Of a stretch of DNA of 64,000 bases, positions 63,601 to 64,000 are shown in pieces. The DNA lies in assembly GCA_013415865.1 (NCBI GenBank), contig CP058896.1, positions 267,957 to 331,956 on the forward strand, given 5' to 3'. Under the pieces are notes generated by a model. It was not told where the DNA came from, made no database searches, and worked only from the letters and a program-made list of their open reading frames with translations. Each line of letters starts with the position of its first letter. The stretch's first letter is position 1. The position numbers and the translations under genes are program-made. Source of the DNA: Methanomassiliicoccales archaeon (GTDB taxonomy: Archaea; Thermoplasmatota; Thermoplasmata; Methanomassiliicoccales; UBA472).

Positions 63601-64000
63601 CGAGGAGATCAAGGGCGGAGTCGACAACATCGCGGCGATGGTCGATGAGATAGTGAAGCTGATGATCAAACAGAAAGAGGGTACCCAGCGCGCGGCGAAA
63701 TCGGTGGACGGCATAGCCTCGGTCGCAGAGGAGACCGCTTCGGCATCGGAGGAATCGGCATCATCCACTGAGGAGCTGACGGCAAGCATGGAGGATATGA
63801 CGGCCAGGGCGCAATCGCTCTCAGAGATGGCCATCAACCTGAAGAGGATAACCTCGAAGTTCAAGTTGGCCGAAGAAGAGCAGGAGATAGCCTCCCTCAA
63901 GCAATCATCCATGAGGGCCAAGGCCGAGAAGGGCAGACAGACCAAAAAGGAAGACCTTAAGGTACCGGCCAAGGTGAGGGAATCGCTCGAGAAGCGCGGC
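60635..64000 (+). CDS. Soluble multi-PAS methyl-accepting chemotaxis protein (5' complete, 3' truncated by window end)
   Basis: My own translation from ATG 60635 (preceded by AGGGGA) stays open for 1122 codons to the window end. The ORF is not in the supplied track. The canonical MCP signalling hairpin is [43 protein letters not shown]. It has four PAS-like modules and three HAMP-like linkers. I saw no hydrophobic TM segment. Confidence 0.9.
   Translation, partial: [1122 protein letters not shown]

Noticed and set aside
60593-63972. A series of minus-strand ORFs (179, 171, 243, 245, 177, 326 aa) covers the 60.6-64.0 kb region.
   Set aside because: They are antisense shadows of the plus-strand MCP gene. 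That gene has textbook MCP/PAS motifs and an unbroken 1122-codon frame. The minus-strand translations are low-complexity (Ser/Ala/Leu-rich) with no motifs.
1-64000. A search for CRISPR arrays, tRNA/rRNA genes, integrases, transposases and long terminal inverted or direct repeats flanking the islands.
   Set aside because: Reading the intergenic regions, I found no regularly spaced repeats of 24-40 nt, no cloverleaf-compatible or rRNA-like sequences, and no recombinase motifs. A computational scan (tRNAscan-SE, Infernal, CRISPR finders, ISfinder) would be needed to be definitive.

Overview
This is a high-GC chromosome segment: single 60-nt lines counted by hand give about 60 % G+C in housekeeping genes. 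It reads as archaeal. The evidence is AGG/AGA/ATA-rich codon usage despite high GC, TATA-like boxes 25-30 nt upstream of several start codons, a che cluster with CheC paralogues, and many Zn-ribbon/TM proteins. A Thermoplasmata/Methanomassiliicoccales-like lineage is only a low-confidence guess.

Content from left to right:
- Glycosyltransferase genes (0-6 kb), then Zn-ribbon membrane proteins and an EamA transporter.
- An AbiE-like nucleotidyltransferase/antitoxin pair on a low-GC islet (8.3-10.1 kb), with a four-copy operator-like motif.
- A transglutaminase-like protein divergent from a 1382-aa papain-family (C1) surface protein with five tandem Ig-like modules, followed by an aminotransferase.
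- A 1176-aa RecQ-type helicase with an N-terminal PD-(D/E)xK-like module, translationally coupled to a tail-anchored coiled-coil protein (17.3-21.7 kb, low-GC islet). This is my top candidate for an undescribed defence-type system.
- A Wzx-like flippase whose 3' end runs into an ~11-kb extremely AT-rich glycan island (about 23.0-34.0 kb). The island carries a CDP-ribitol-synthase-like fusion, a DUF354-like protein, three GT4 enzymes, a polytopic polymerase/GT-C-like protein and LicD.
- A CPA2 antiporter, then an AbiL-like ATPase plus an RloB gene interrupted by an in-frame TGA.
- arsC, TerC, a beta-propeller protein, MFS, pirin, an RR-PAS-HK, a MIP channel and acs.
- A triple-hairpin intergenic element and a degenerate multi-PAS sensor.
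- A che cluster (cheA-cheC-x-usp-cheW-cheY-cheB-cheC') and a soluble multi-PAS MCP of more than 1122 aa. The MCP runs off the window end and is missing from the ORF track.

I recognised no rRNA, tRNA, CRISPR array, integrase or transposase. Most other long ORFs in the track are alternative-frame or antisense shadows typical of high-GC DNA.
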